64,000 nucleotides of DNA from assembly GCA_030390025.1 (NCBI GenBank), contig CM059432.1:105030001-105094000 (forward strand). Reading direction: 5' to 3'. Under the pieces are notes generated by a model that was not told the origin of the DNA, searched no databases, and saw nothing but the letters and a program-made list of their open reading frames with translations. This stretch comes from Squalus acanthias (lineage: Eukaryota). The position numbers and the translations under genes are program-made. Of the stretch, positions 45,615-58,191 are shown piece after piece (the first letter of the stretch is position 1; every line of letters starts with the position of its first letter).

Positions 45615-46978
45615 AATACGTTTATAATTTTGGTGCACATAGTGCACATAGTAAACCTTTACCTCTCAATTGATTCCCATGCAACTAGTTTCTTCATAGC
45701 AAACAGAGGCATTGAGTAGAGATGCAGCCCCATGGGGATTGAAAATTGTTGGGCAGGTCATACCGCAGCACTCTCACACAACTCCTAGTAGCCAATTACA
45801 GAGTGGTGTAAGAAATCTCTTCTGAACAGGCCACCTACGTGCCTACTGGGCCGGTAAATAATATCTGGTGTGGGGAAAGGTAACAAAAGGAAAAGAGAGA
45901 ATTAAAGTGAAATAAAAACATTTAACTCTTCTTTAATTAAGCAATTTTATGGTTTACAATATTATCAGATGCACATTTCACATCTGTCTGCTATTTTAAC
46001 AGCCATTAATCTGTTCAATGCCTCCACTAAAGTAGCAGAGGAATTTGATACAAATGTGTTAAGCATTTGCACAATAATATCATACAATGCAATTTCCTGC
46101 TTCATATTAACATGTAAATGTGTCTTCAATTACTGTAATATTGGGCAATTCCTATGCGTATGATTATGATTGGCTGTATTTACAAATCTCTTCATTACAG
46201 ATGACCTCAGGCTCAACTAATAACAATGAAAGCTGGCTCACCACATCCTGCTGTGTGGGGAAAAAAATCCATAATGTGGTTAAATTAATAATCATTGGAT
46301 TTGAAATGCAGAGATTCAAAATAAAACACCAAAAATCTACTCCCAATGTATAATTGTGATAGTGCCAGTTACCAGAAAAGTGATTCATTTGGACATGGCC
46401 CCACTTGGCTGATCGGCTGATGAAATTGCCAGCGCAGTCGAGTCAAATTCTTACTTCCTTTTTGTCAGTACAGGTCTGGGGGTTTGTTGCCTGCAAATTA
46501 TTGATGCAGCTTGTCAGGTCTCCACATGACCTGTAATACCCGTTAAAGTGTATCCCATTGTACAGAGAAGCAAGATAATTCTAAACAAATAATTCACATT
46601 TTTACTGTAATACCTAGAAAAAAACTCCAGTAATCCAACATGAAATTAGTTCATAACTGAATGTTGAGCGTTCTTATTTCTTTCTGCTGTTAATTGTTAA
46701 TGTGCTTCACTTTCAAATGCTGTTTATGTCTATTCTGGTGTGTTGTCTTCCTTCCTAGGGTGTTTTGAGTTAAGTTAAATCTTCAGAATCCTTGCGTTGA
46801 TTTGTAAAAGTACAGAAGGCTAATGCTGTATTCCTATTGTTCCCATGAGTCCTAAGGATTTCCTGTATGCACAGTAGGGAGCATTCTCCTCTCAAGTTTT
46901 GCCAGTTTTCCAGTATAACTCCATAACCTCCTCCATAAACATGAGCTCATCCAAACTCTGCTGTTGTGTCCTAACACG

Positions 46979-47174
46979 CACCAAGTCCCGTTCACCCATC
47001 ACCCCTGTGCTCACTGACCTACATTGGCACCAAGTCCCGTTCACCCCTGACCCCTGTGCTCACTGACCTACATTGGCACCAAGTCCCGTTCACCCCTGAC
47101 CCCTGTGCTCACTGACCTACATTGGCACCAAGTCCCGTTCACCCCTGACCCCTGTGCTCACTGACCTACATTGG
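46979..47174. repeat. Tandem repeat, 4 x 49 bp
   Basis: Unit CACCAAGTCCCGTTCACCCCTGACCCCTGTGCTCACTGACCTACATTGG starts at 46979, 47028, 47077 and 47126. Copies 2-4 are identical; copy 1 has 2 differences. Confidence 0.97.
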
Positions 47175-47337
47175 CTCCCGGTCCAGCAACGCCTCAATTT
47201 AAAAATTCTCATTCTTGTTTGCAAATCCCTCCATAGCCTCGTCCCTCCATATCTCTGTAACCTCCTCCAGTCCTACAACCCTTCGAAATCTCTGCACTCC
47301 TCCAATATTGGCCTCTTGCCCATCACCTATTTTAATC

Positions 47338-49978
47338 CAAAAGCAAAATACTGCGAATGTTGGGAATCTGAAACAAAAACAGAAAATGCTGGAAATACTC
47401 AGCAGGTCAGGCAGCATCTGTGGAGAGAGAAACAGAGTTAACGTTTCAGGTCGATGACCCTTCGTCAGAACTGGAAAAAGCTGGAGATGGAACAGGTTTT
47501 TAAGCAAGTGCAGGAGCAGGGAAAGGGGGGAGGGGAGGAAAGAACAAAAGGGAAGGTCTGTGATAGGATGGAAGGCAGGAGAGATTAAGAGACATTAAGA
47601 GGTGCAAGGCAAAAGGAGATGGTAATGGGACAAGTTAAGAAACAAAAGATGGCTCTAGATGAAGTGTAAATGGCACTGGCAGAATAAAAGACAGCTGCCA
47701 TGTGGGAGAGAGAAAAAATACATGGGGAAAAAAAGGAAAGGGGCGGAGGCCATGATCTGAAATTGTTGTACTCTATGTTGAGTCCAGAAGGCTGTAAAGT
47801 GCCTAATCGAAAGATGAGGTGCTGTTCCTCGAGCTGACGTTGAGCTTCATTGGAACAGTGTAAGAGGCCGAGGACGGTGAGGTCTGAGTGGGAGTGGAGT
47901 GGAGAATTAAAGTGACAGGCGACCGGAAGCTCGGGGTCACCCTTACAGACTGAACGGAGGTGTTCCGCAAAGTGGTCACCCAATCTGCGTTTGGTCTCCC
48001 CAATGTAGAGGAGACCACATCGTGAGCAGCGAATACAGTATACTAAATTGCAAGAAGTACAAGTAAATCGCTGTTTCACCTGGAAAGAGTGTTTGGGGCC
48101 CTGGACAGATGGATCATGTGAAGGTGAGGGAAGGGTGGAAATTGGAAGGGTGGAGGTAAAAGGGCATGTGTTGCATCTCCTGCGCTTGCACGGGAAGGTG
48201 CCGGGCGAAGGGGGAGGGGTGTTGGGGGCGATAGAGGAGTGGACCAGGGTGTCGCGGAGGGAGCTGTCCCTTCAGAATGCTGAAAGGGGAGGTGAGGGGA
48301 AGATGTGTTTGGTGGTGGGATCACGCTGGAGGTGGCGGAAATGGCGGAGGATGATCCGTTGAATGTGGAGGCTGGTGGGGTGAAAGGTGAGGACAAGGGG
48401 AACCCTATTGTGGTTCCGGGAGGGAGAGGAAGGGGTGAGAGCAGAAGTTCGGGAAATAGAACGGACACGGTCAAGGGCCGTGTCAACCACAGTAGAGGGG
48501 AATCCTCGGTTGAGGAAAAAGGAAGACATGTCGGAAGCATTGGTATGGAAGGTGGCATCGTCAGAGCAGATGTGGTGGAGACGGAGGAACTGGGAGAATG
48601 GAATAGAGTCCTTACAGGAAGCGGGGTGGGAGGAAGTGTAGTCCAGGTAGCTGTGGAGTCAGTGGGCTTGTAGTGAATGTTTGTCAATAGCCTATCCCCA
48701 GAGATGGAGACAGAGAAGTCGAGGAAGGGAAGGGAAGAGTCGGAGATGGATCATGTGAAGGTGAGGGAAGGGTGGAAATTGAAAGCAAAGTGAATGAAAT
48801 TTTCTAGTTCAGGGCGAGAGCAGGAAACAGCACCGATACAGTCATCAATGTACCAGAAAAAGAGGTGAGGGAGGGGATTTGAGTAGGACTGGAACAAAGA
48901 ATGTTCCACATATCCCACGAAAAGGCAGGCATAGCTGTGACCCATGCGGGTTCCCATAGCAACACCTTTAATTTGGAGGAAGTGAGTGGAGTCAAAGGAG
49001 AAGTTGTTCAATGTGAGAACAAGTTCAGCCAGGCGGAGGAGGGTAGTGGTGGATGGGGACTGGTTGGGCCTCTGTTCAAGGAAGAAGCGGAGCGCCCTCA
49101 GGCCATCCTGGTGGGGAATGGAGATGTAGAGGGATTGGACATCCATAGTGAAAAGGAGACGGTTGGGGCCAGGAAACTGTTAAAGTGGCGGAGGGCATCG
49201 GAAGAGTCGCGGATGTAGGTGGGAAGAGACTGGACAAGGGGAGAAAAAATAGAGTCGAGATAGAAGAGGTAAGTTCCATGGGGCAATAACAGGCTGAAAC
49301 GATGGGTCTACCAGGGCAGTCTTGTTTGTGAATCTTGGGATGGAGGTAGAAGCAGGATGTGCGGGGTTGGGGAACTATGAGGTTGGCAGCCGTGGAGGGA
49401 AGATCTCCAGAGGAGATGAGGTCAGTGACGGTCTTGGAAACAGTGGCTTAATGTTCGGTAGTGGGGTCATGGTCCAGGGGGAGGTAGGAGGAGGTGTCGG
49501 AGAGTTGGCGTTCAGCCGCTGCTAGGTAGAGGTCGCTTCGCCAAACAACAACAGCGCCACCCTTGTCAGCAGGTTTAATGACAATGTTAGGGTTGGATCT
49601 GAGAGAATGGAGTGCTGCAAGTTCAGAGGGAGGTAGGTTGGAGTGAGTGAGGGGAGCAGAGAAATTGAGACAGCCGATGTTACGCCGGCAGTTTACAATG
49701 AAAAGATCTAGAGAGGTTAAGAGGCCGGAGGGAGGGGTCCAGGTAGAACGAGAATTCTGAAAGCGGGAGAAAGGGTCAGCCGTGCGGGGGGAAGACTCCT
49801 GGCCAAAGACGTGGGCATGGAGATGAAGGCGGCGGAAAAAGAGCTCAGCATCGTGCCGAGCTCGAAATTTATTGAGTTGGGGGCGTAAGGGGATGAAGCT
49901 CAGGCCTTTGCTAAGGACTGATCGTTCGGGGTCAGAGAGGGGAAGGTCAGAGGGGATAGTGAAAACACGGCAGGGGTG
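47338..49978 (-). mobile_element. Penelope-like retroelement (RT + GIY-YIG), frameshifted
   Basis: MDVQSLY, GVAMGTRMG, YIDDC and HYKPTD motifs; LVYCIRCSRCGLLYIGETKRRLG, PVACHFN and QPSGLN. Confidence 0.92.
47436..47472 (-). ncRNA. Minimal type I hammerhead ribozyme of Penelope
   Basis: The minus strand reads AGTT CTGACGA AGGGTC ATC GACCT GAAA CGTT AACT: both core boxes, stems I and II, and a palindromic AACGTT stem III. Confidence 0.8.
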
Positions 49979-50554
49979 AGATTGGAATCGCTATTTTAAG
50001 CGCTCCACCATTGGCAAACGCGCTTTCAGCTGCCTTGGCCCTAAACTCTGGAATTCCCTCCCTAAACCTCTCTGCCTCTCTATCTCTCTCTCCTCCTTTA
50101 AGACACTCCTTAAAACCTATGTCTTTGACCAAGCTTTTGGTCGTCTGTCCTAATATCTTGTTATGTGACTCGTTGTCAAATTTTGTTTCATAACGCTCCT
50201 GTGAAGCGTCTTGGGACATTTTACTACATTAAAGGCGCGATATAAATGCAAGTTGTTGTTGTTGTAACTCAGAGAGGTTGGGGTAGACAATTTGGGGAGC
50301 GGGGGTGGGGAGGAGAGAACTGCCCTGCTGAGACTACAGAACTAGAAAGTAAAAGGAAATGGAACACTGAATAAAGGAATAGAATTCCAATCCTATCCAC
50401 TGATGCGTTCTTTCATCATTAATCAATTCCAGGATACAGTGGGCAGGCCAATAATAACAAACAAAATTATACTTTGGAAGTGTTACTCAAATTTTGAAAT
50501 GTGGGGAGTTGATGACAAATAATTGGTTTGTGATCTTCATATGTTCCTGACCTA

Positions 50555-51071
50555 AAAACATCTTTCTGCACTGCATCTATGTACTTGGAGCAACTCTCCT
50601 GGCATTTACCTCCGCCGCTAATGCCTCCCACTGCCTCCTGAGCATATGTCTGGAGGGCCTCCTGTCCCCCTGTGGATACAGTATGTCTCTCCATCTCTCC
50701 ACATCTTGCAACAAGACCTCTAGTGCAGTGTCTGAAAACATTGCTGCTTGCTCTCTTGCATGTTCAGCCATTCCTCAAAGTCAGATTCACTTTTCAAAAA
50801 AAACTCCCACTGCTTGTTGCAGCTACAATGCACCTCCCCTTTAAGAGGTGCAGGCTGCCTTTAAGTAGCACTAGTCACTCACGATATCAGGCCCCCTGCT
50901 GATGCATGCAGCCAATGAACAGCGTGGGTAGTGCAATGCAGCATGCAGCAATCATTGAAAACAGCAGGCAGCACGAATTTAAGATGCTGCCTGCATTGCA
51001 ATGAATGGGTATGGGTTAATCGCGCATGGCAATCCCCATGTCCTTTTTCGGGGGTTATCCAATTTAACCCC
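50555..51071 (-). mobile_element. Harbinger end fragment (Myb exon 1 + terminus)
   Basis: MAEHAREQAAMFSDTALEVLL..WEALAAEVNARR; similar to 19330-19848; ends AATTTAACCCC. Confidence 0.85.
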
Positions 51072-52591
51072 CATGTCTTGGCAAAGTTATTTTGTTCATC
51101 AGGACTTGACTGTACCAACACCAGATGGTCAGAAGTGCTGTCTCATTATGCTACACAAGCCCATAGAAGAGCTGTGATTTCCACTATTTACAATTTTTAT
51201 AACGTACTAGCGAATCTCCTGTGGCATTGCACATGGGGAGTCAAGACCAAATATAGTCTTCAAATGAAGCAGGGGAATAATTAAACCAGGGCATGCAGGA
51301 ATAATTGAGTCCCCATTTTAAAGTAACACATCTGTCCTTATTTTTATATTTTTTTATATTTCCATGATAAATTCCTAGGTTCATACTTATAATGGAAACT
51401 GTTCATGTAAACTTATCATGCTGAAATTATACCCTCCTTTCAGTGATGGTGCTGCAGAACCTCCACTGGTAAATGGGAGTAATTACGGTGTGACAAGTTT
51501 ACTCACAGAATTACATAGAATATACAGCACAGAAACGGGCCATTCGAACCAACTGGTCTGTGCCAGTATTTATGCTCCACATGAGCCTCCTCCCACCCTA
51601 TTTCATCTAAGCTTATCTGCATAACCTTCTATTCCTTTCTCCTTCATCTGTTTATAAAGTGTACTCAGGCAGTTTCCAGTATAAATGTGGACATGGGAGT
51701 TTATAATGAAAAAAGTTGATAGGAAGTGCATGCAGACTTATGATTTTTATTATCTTATAAATATTTAAATTAAAATAGGCCATTTATTGGTACTGAGAAT
51801 ATGCAACACATTGAAGTGAAAATTATTTATACATTATTAATTCTATTCCCTAGTAATGCCAGAGGGGAAAGAAAAAAACAGTTATACCATAGTACAAGTT
51901 ACAAGATGGAATAGATCTTTCAGCTTACATCACTATAATTTTTATTGTTTCCTGCCTCCGCCTCTTCCCTAAATAAATGACTCCTTCTCAGGTACTGTTC
52001 CCTGATACCTCACTCAAGTGATCATTCTTTATTATTGCCAATTTTCTCCTCATTTTTCATACGTGAGCCTAGACAGTGAGGATTGACAGGGCATACAACC
52101 ATGAAGGGCATCACAACACTGTTCTGGTCCTCACCTAACATCCATACTCACTGGGTAGTGTTCAGGAGCAGGAACCTTGGGTGATTTTTTTCTCCTTCCT
52201 AACCCTAAAGCAGGGAGGAGAGGTTGAGGCCAATTGTTTTGTGTGAATTGCTGCTTTGGCTGGTATAGAGTCCCCCCCCCCCCTTAATTGGCCTATGGCT
52301 TTTTCTCTGTATTTTTTTGCCTCTCCCAGGAGATTGTGTGGCAGGCTGTTAGGGAGTAGCAGACAGATGGGGTGGGGGTGTGGGGGGTAGTCATGGTGTG
52401 TATAAATTGCACCATAACTGTATGGGACAGGCTTGATGGACCAACTAGTCTTTCCTTATCTGTCATTTTTGTATGTTCATATCAGCTAACTCACACAGAC
52501 CAGTAGTTGAACTTGGGGCTTAGGTACTAGATAGTGCCTTTATCCATTAAAACATAAAGGAAGCCCAGGTGCCCATTCCTAAAATGTGAGC

Positions 52592-53245
52592 TGTTAGCAG
52601 TCAACCTCCTTCATTCTATGGTTCACAACAACATGTTTCGAGTAAGCACGGGATACTTCGTAGTGTAGTATATGGAATAGACTTTATTGATACCTAGGTT
52701 GAGGGATCAACCCAAGCCAGATCAGAGAGTGGCTTTTCGGCTTCTGTATCTTTCGAGCCCTCCAAACGACTGCTGAAAACCATGTTCCTTTATATACCAT
52801 ATTTTGCCTACATCAAAGGCAAATGTCATAGATAAGACTGCATGGCGTATCTATTCCCAAATCCTTTGATGAAGACAGGCAATTCATGTAAACACTTGTA
52901 GTTGTTTACTCCAAAGCTACTTCCATTAAACAAGACTTCCTGATGTAACTCTCCTTAAACTCTTTGAAGAACAGGCTTTATTAACCATCATCTTTCCATA
53001 CTATAGTTAATGGATACCTCTACCTATGTTTATTATCCTAGCCCCTAAAGTTACACTTTAATCACTCACGGCTGACATCATTTCTGTCTTGTATTTCTTT
53101 ACACAAGCACTTTACATATCAGAAGACAAGATATGCTTTCCACTCATGACACTTCAAAGTCATCCTGTTTTGATTGGAAAGTCTATTGCTCCATGAAACA
53201 AAGAAGTTCGACTGTTAATCCTTCAACTCTCCATGATGTCCTACA
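52592..53245 (-). mobile_element. Solo LTR (654 bp)
   Basis: TGTTAG...CTACA ends; 5-bp TSD TGAGC (52587-52591 and 53246-53250); minus-strand TATATAAA near 52790 and AATAAA 52683-52688. Confidence 0.7.
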
Positions 53246-54559
53246 TGAGCCTACATAATAAGCACTGGCAGGCTATTTTACCATGAGGGTACATCACAGT
53301 GAAACAATGCAAGGTTTACTTACAGCTACATCTCTGTCAAATTCATCACAGGGAGGATAATATAGCCCAATGCATAGAAACACAGAGAATTCCTGTGCTA
53401 GTTTAGCTATTTACTCACAGCAGACCTACAAGTTGGTAACAGTGAGGATGGTTAAAATGTCAAGGTTTGAACACTGCACTGGCTGAACACAGGGCATATT
53501 TTGGGTGGATGCATGGGATGTGGCCATATCCCTCTTGTTAACCCATCTGCCCTGCCAGCCCTGACTCAACCCAACTCCTGCTATCAACCTTGACCACAAC
53601 CTAACTCCCAGTGACAACCTAATCCCTGGAAGGAGCTGTGAGTTGGCTTGAGATTGGACTGACAACAGGTGTTTGATCAGGTGTAAGGGATGCCCCTAGG
53701 TTGGGCTGATATTGGAGATTGGGTTCAGGTCAAGGTCAGGCTGAGAGCAGGAGTTAGAGAAGGGAAGTTAGGGGATTGGCGAAGTGTTTCTGGGACTTAA
53801 ATGTACTACACCACTTTAAAAGGCACATTACCAATATGTCAAACCATTTATATCACATGAGCTATAAGTTAAATTCCATTCAGGGAGTGTTCCTTACTTA
53901 TACTCATTTCCACTTTTTTGCTTAAATCAGCAAGCAGAGGAAAACATATATCTAGATCTTACTGCTATTAAATAAATATTTTTAATTTAATTTTGTTCCA
54001 AATATGTGTCCGTATTTCAATATAAAATGAGAATTTAAAGCAGTGATATCCAAACTGGCCCATAGGTGACATGCTGCCCAGAGCTTTCAAAAAACAGGCA
54101 ACTGAGTCCTTCACTTATATTCCTTACTCAAGCAAGGTCTTTCCTGTTTCCGTTTTATGGGTCTAGAGGTTTAGAAAGGGCTGTTTTAACACTGTTGCCT
54201 CATTGGTGGATAAATCGTAAATTAGAACACCAAGATCTGATAGTATGAGCAACTTGAGATATAAACAAGTTAATGGGAACATGGATTTAAAAGTTACAAG
54301 TGGCCCCTGAGGCTCCATTGGAATGGACTTATATGGCCCACAAAGACAAAAGCTTGGTATAAAGCTTAATGACGCATAATGATTCCTCGAGAAGCAATAT
54401 GAATTATTTTGAAACATTGCTGTTTAGTCTAATTTGCGTAACAAATGTATAAGCATTACATTGTATTATTGTGGTATTCTGAATGGACACAAAGGAACAA
54501 ATATTTTATGGAGAAAACAATTTATATATTTCAGCTAGCACCAGCCAAGATACTGTCTG

Positions 54560-57500
54560 CATGAATTTTTAACGCCAGTAGGACCCAGAGGTAAAAGAAT
54601 ACCACATTGGCAAACCATCAAAACGAGCGTGGGCCTCGCGGTATGTAATTAACCCATGCCTGTTCATTGAGATGCAGGCAGCACGTTAAATTAGTGCTGA
54701 CAGCTGTTTTAAATGATTGGCTGACGCATCAGCAGAGGCCTACTCTCGCAAGTGGCTAGTACTACTTAAAGAGGAGATGCATTTTGGTTGCAACAAGTGG
54801 TGGGAGTTTTCTTTGAAAAGTGAATCTGTGCTGTGATACTTTGAGGAATGGTTGAACATGCATAGGATTACATAGGATTACATTGGATTTACGGCACAGA
54901 AACAGGCCATTCGGCCCAACCAGTCTATGCCGGTGTTTATGCTCCACTCGAGCCTCCTCCCGTCTTTCCTCATCTAAATCTATCAGCATAACCCTCTATT
55001 CCCTTCTCCCTCATATGCTTATCTAGCCTCCCCTTAAATGCATCTATACTATTCGCCTCAACTACTCCCTGTGGTAGCGAGTTCCACATTCTCACCACTC
55101 TCTGGGTAAAGAAGTTTCTTCTGAATTCCCTATTGGATTTCTTGATGACTATCTTATATTGATGGCCTCTAGTTATGCTCTTCCCCACAAGTCAAAACAT
55201 TCTCTCTGTATCCACTCTATCAACATTTTTCATCATTTTAAAGACCTCTATCAGGTCACCCTTCAGCCTTCTTTTTCAAGAGAAAAGAGACCCAGCCTGT
55301 TCATGCGAGAGAGCAAGCACCAAGGTTTTCTGACAACGCATTGGTGGTCTTAGTGCAAGATATGGAGAGAAGAAGAGATATCCTGTATCCACAGGGGTCA
55401 GGAGGCCCTCCAGACATATGCTCAGGAGGTAGTGGGAACAAGCAGTGGCAGAGGTCAATGCCGGGAGTGTTGCTCCAAGAACATGGATGCAGTGCAGGAA
55501 GAAGTTTAATGATCTCACATGAGTTGTCAAGGTGAATGACTTCACCTTCAAATGGCATATCCTACCAACTGCACCCCCATCACCCACCTACCAACAATCT
55601 CTATCAATCAGTACTCAACCTTAACATTCATAGTTTTACCTCACCCTCACACACTTAGCACTGTTGCAAGCCTCGCACCCACAACTCACAGCTTGCACAC
55701 AGTGGTAACTACTCAACCATGACAGCCACATCACCCAAATATTGCAGAACACTCACTGACACACTTCCATCTTTCTTGCAGGAGAAAGTGGTACATAACA
55801 GGAGGCAGCAGGAAAGAACTGGAGAAAGACAAGCGTGGCTCCATGTTTTAACCCCCATGGACGAGCCAGAGCTGGCCATCATAGGAAGGGGCATTGCTGA
55901 GGCCTTGGCCACTGGTGGGGCTGGAGGATTGATGATGGGGGTATCTGCATACATAATCCTCCTTCTCTCTTCCCATTCCTGCCTCATCCACAATCTCTTC
56001 TGACTCACAAGCTGCAGCTGGTGTAAGCACATACTTCTTCCTTTCTCCTCTCCCCTCACCACAATCCAACCCTTGTCCCTTTTTCATTTTAGATACCCAA
56101 GAACTGGAACCTTCCCAGTTGGAGGAGGAAGAGGAAGAAGACAGTGAAGAGGAAAAGACACCATCACTCGATCTTACACTTACAGTCACCAGCTCAGAGA
56201 CTGACACTTCACTTATTTTAAAGGCTTGGATAGAGGAGGAATCTGTACATGGTGAGACACCAGACACAAGTGCAGAGGAGCCAGCGCGGGGGGGAAAGGA
56301 TAACGCAGTTGCCAGCTCGCTGGAGGGTGAGGTCACACACTAGTTCTGCAGCACAGGAGTCAGATGAGGACTTTGATGGGCCAGGCTACAGAAAAGGCTG
56401 ATGGCTGTACACAACCAAATGCGTAGTCAACTGGAAAGCCTGCCAGAAAGCCTGCACACAATTTCAAAGAGCATGGAGGAGTCCAGCACAGGGCTTTGTG
56501 GAGGGCTTGGAGCCCATCCATTCCAACATAGAACGGGTGATCACCTCCATCAGAACACCTGTGGAACCCGGCATGATGCAGCATCCGATGGCTGATGTCT
56601 CAGCTACCACTGAAGCACAAACAGCTTCCACCAAAGGTCTGAGTGCTGTAGTGGAAGCTCAGACGGCTGCCATCATGACTTTGGATTCCAGTGTTCAAAG
56701 GGACTTCCAGGGCGTCACAGCAGTCCATCAATCTGTTCTCCAACTGATCAGTAGGATCGCTGAGGCGCCACCCAGGGAGAGTGGAAGTGGTTCCATGGAA
56801 CATGAACCTGCTGTCCTTTTTCAGGATGACAGCATTCGTGCTCCCACTCCTGCCACTCTGCCAGTGCCTTTGCTGTTGCCTGTCAGCCAGCCAGCCCAGA
56901 CTGCTGCAGCCCATGCCGAGTTCACATGAGGCGCATGCAAGGCAATGTGCGTGCAGTCAATGGCACCCTGCACCATGGGGAAGCCTGCAATCCATGCAAA
57001 CCCTTGCACTCACTCGCCTGCTTATCTCTGGCAAGAGGGAATGAGATTAAACTGTTTATCTGTCTATAGAGAGCCTCAGTGATGTCCTTTATGCAGCAAT
57101 GCACTGCAAACTGCGAGATGTTGCTTATATCTCCAGCAGCAGACTGGAAGGAGCTAGACATGTAAACGTTATGAGGCACAGTCATCTTGACAGCCATAGG
57201 CAATGCTGTCCTTGCCCTGCTTTAAGGTTGCAGTTGTGGCCGTAGCAGTTGGCAGATTTCAGTCACGACCTCTTTTGTGAAGCAAAGATGTCTCATGCAT
57301 TGGACCTTGCTGAAGGTAAGAGAATTGCTCCCTAAAGGCCCTAGCCGGATTATCCTCCTGCTGAGAGCCCTTCTCCCCCTCCTCTTCCTCCCACTTCTAG
57401 CAGCTTTTCCTGCTCTGCGTGGCCTCTCTTCATTCTCCCAGTTATATTCAATTCCCACAGGAAGTCCTATTAGGTCACCCATGTCTGGAAGCAACTTGTT

Positions 57501-58004
57501 TCAGCACAAGCTTATAAATGAACAGAAAGTATTTCAGCACCAGCCAGACCACTCCCTGTAGACTATTCAAACTTTAGCCAGGTATGGGAAAGCTCCAAAA
57601 ACACATAAAATTGCACCAGCAACAAGAAGAAATAATCCAGCATCTAACCTGTAAGTACTTCATGATCCCTTTCAGTAGCGCTGGTTGGGGGGGGGGGTCC
57701 TTCATTCCATTTAACGTCGTGTTCAGCTGCGCAAGGTTAAGACAAGGCGTTGGCTGGACAGTGGAGTTGCAAAATGGCAGTGCTGACGTCAAATCTGCAT
57801 TGCGTGCTGATTTGCTTCATCATCTTGCTGTTCTGCATGCTGCCATCGGTCGTTAGGTGTGCGTGCGTAAACCCCTTTACCAAGATGGCGTTGGGCGAAC
57901 TTCCCGTCAGAAGTGTGCGCGTGCATCTCGGACCCCATTTTTGAATGTTAGGTGGCCGCGTAGCGCCTAAAAAATGGGCGCTACACAGCCCAATTTAGCC
58001 CCCC
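54560..58004. mobile_element. Decayed Harbinger: three-exon Myb gene on + (about 54845-56920), 5' half of transposase on - (56920-57490); central deletion
   Basis: Same family as 15536-19848 (inverted); terminus CCCAATTTAGCCCCCC; GAIDCTH fragment fused directly to the Myb C-terminal part at about 56920. The left boundary is approximate. Confidence 0.85.
54862..55301 (-). mobile_element. CR1 3' fragment inserted in Myb exon 1
   Basis: RRNFFTQRVVRMWNSLP, tandem tail CATAGGATTA, and flanking CATGC duplication. Confidence 0.85.
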
Positions 58005-58191
58005 AGTTTTCTATATAAAAATATATACGGTGTAGTTAACGTCACTACATTTTTTTTGAAGGGCAATAATAAATAATGCATTTATTTAAACTCTTTAAAT
58101 TAAGAAATAGGTAATGCAGTACATATGCCTACTTCTTAATTTACAGATTTTAAAGGAATGCGTTATTTTCTGCACTGATATCTTCTGTTTA

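Larger units (their letters stand above)
46940..50265 (+). mobile_element. L2-type LINE 3' fragment (46940-47337 and about 49990-50265) split by a Penelope element
   Basis: ITPVLTDLHWLPVQQRLNLKIL motif, LWNSLP-type motif, and a TATAAATGCAAG(TTG)n tail. Confidence 0.75.

Noticed and set aside
46455..46580. TSLP or other cytokine assignment for the candidate exon
   Set aside because: Only a superficial Cys-spacing resemblance; it cannot be supported without a profile search.
46979..47174. CRISPR-like array
   Set aside because: The units are contiguous with no unique spacers, there are no cas genes, and the context is eukaryotic.
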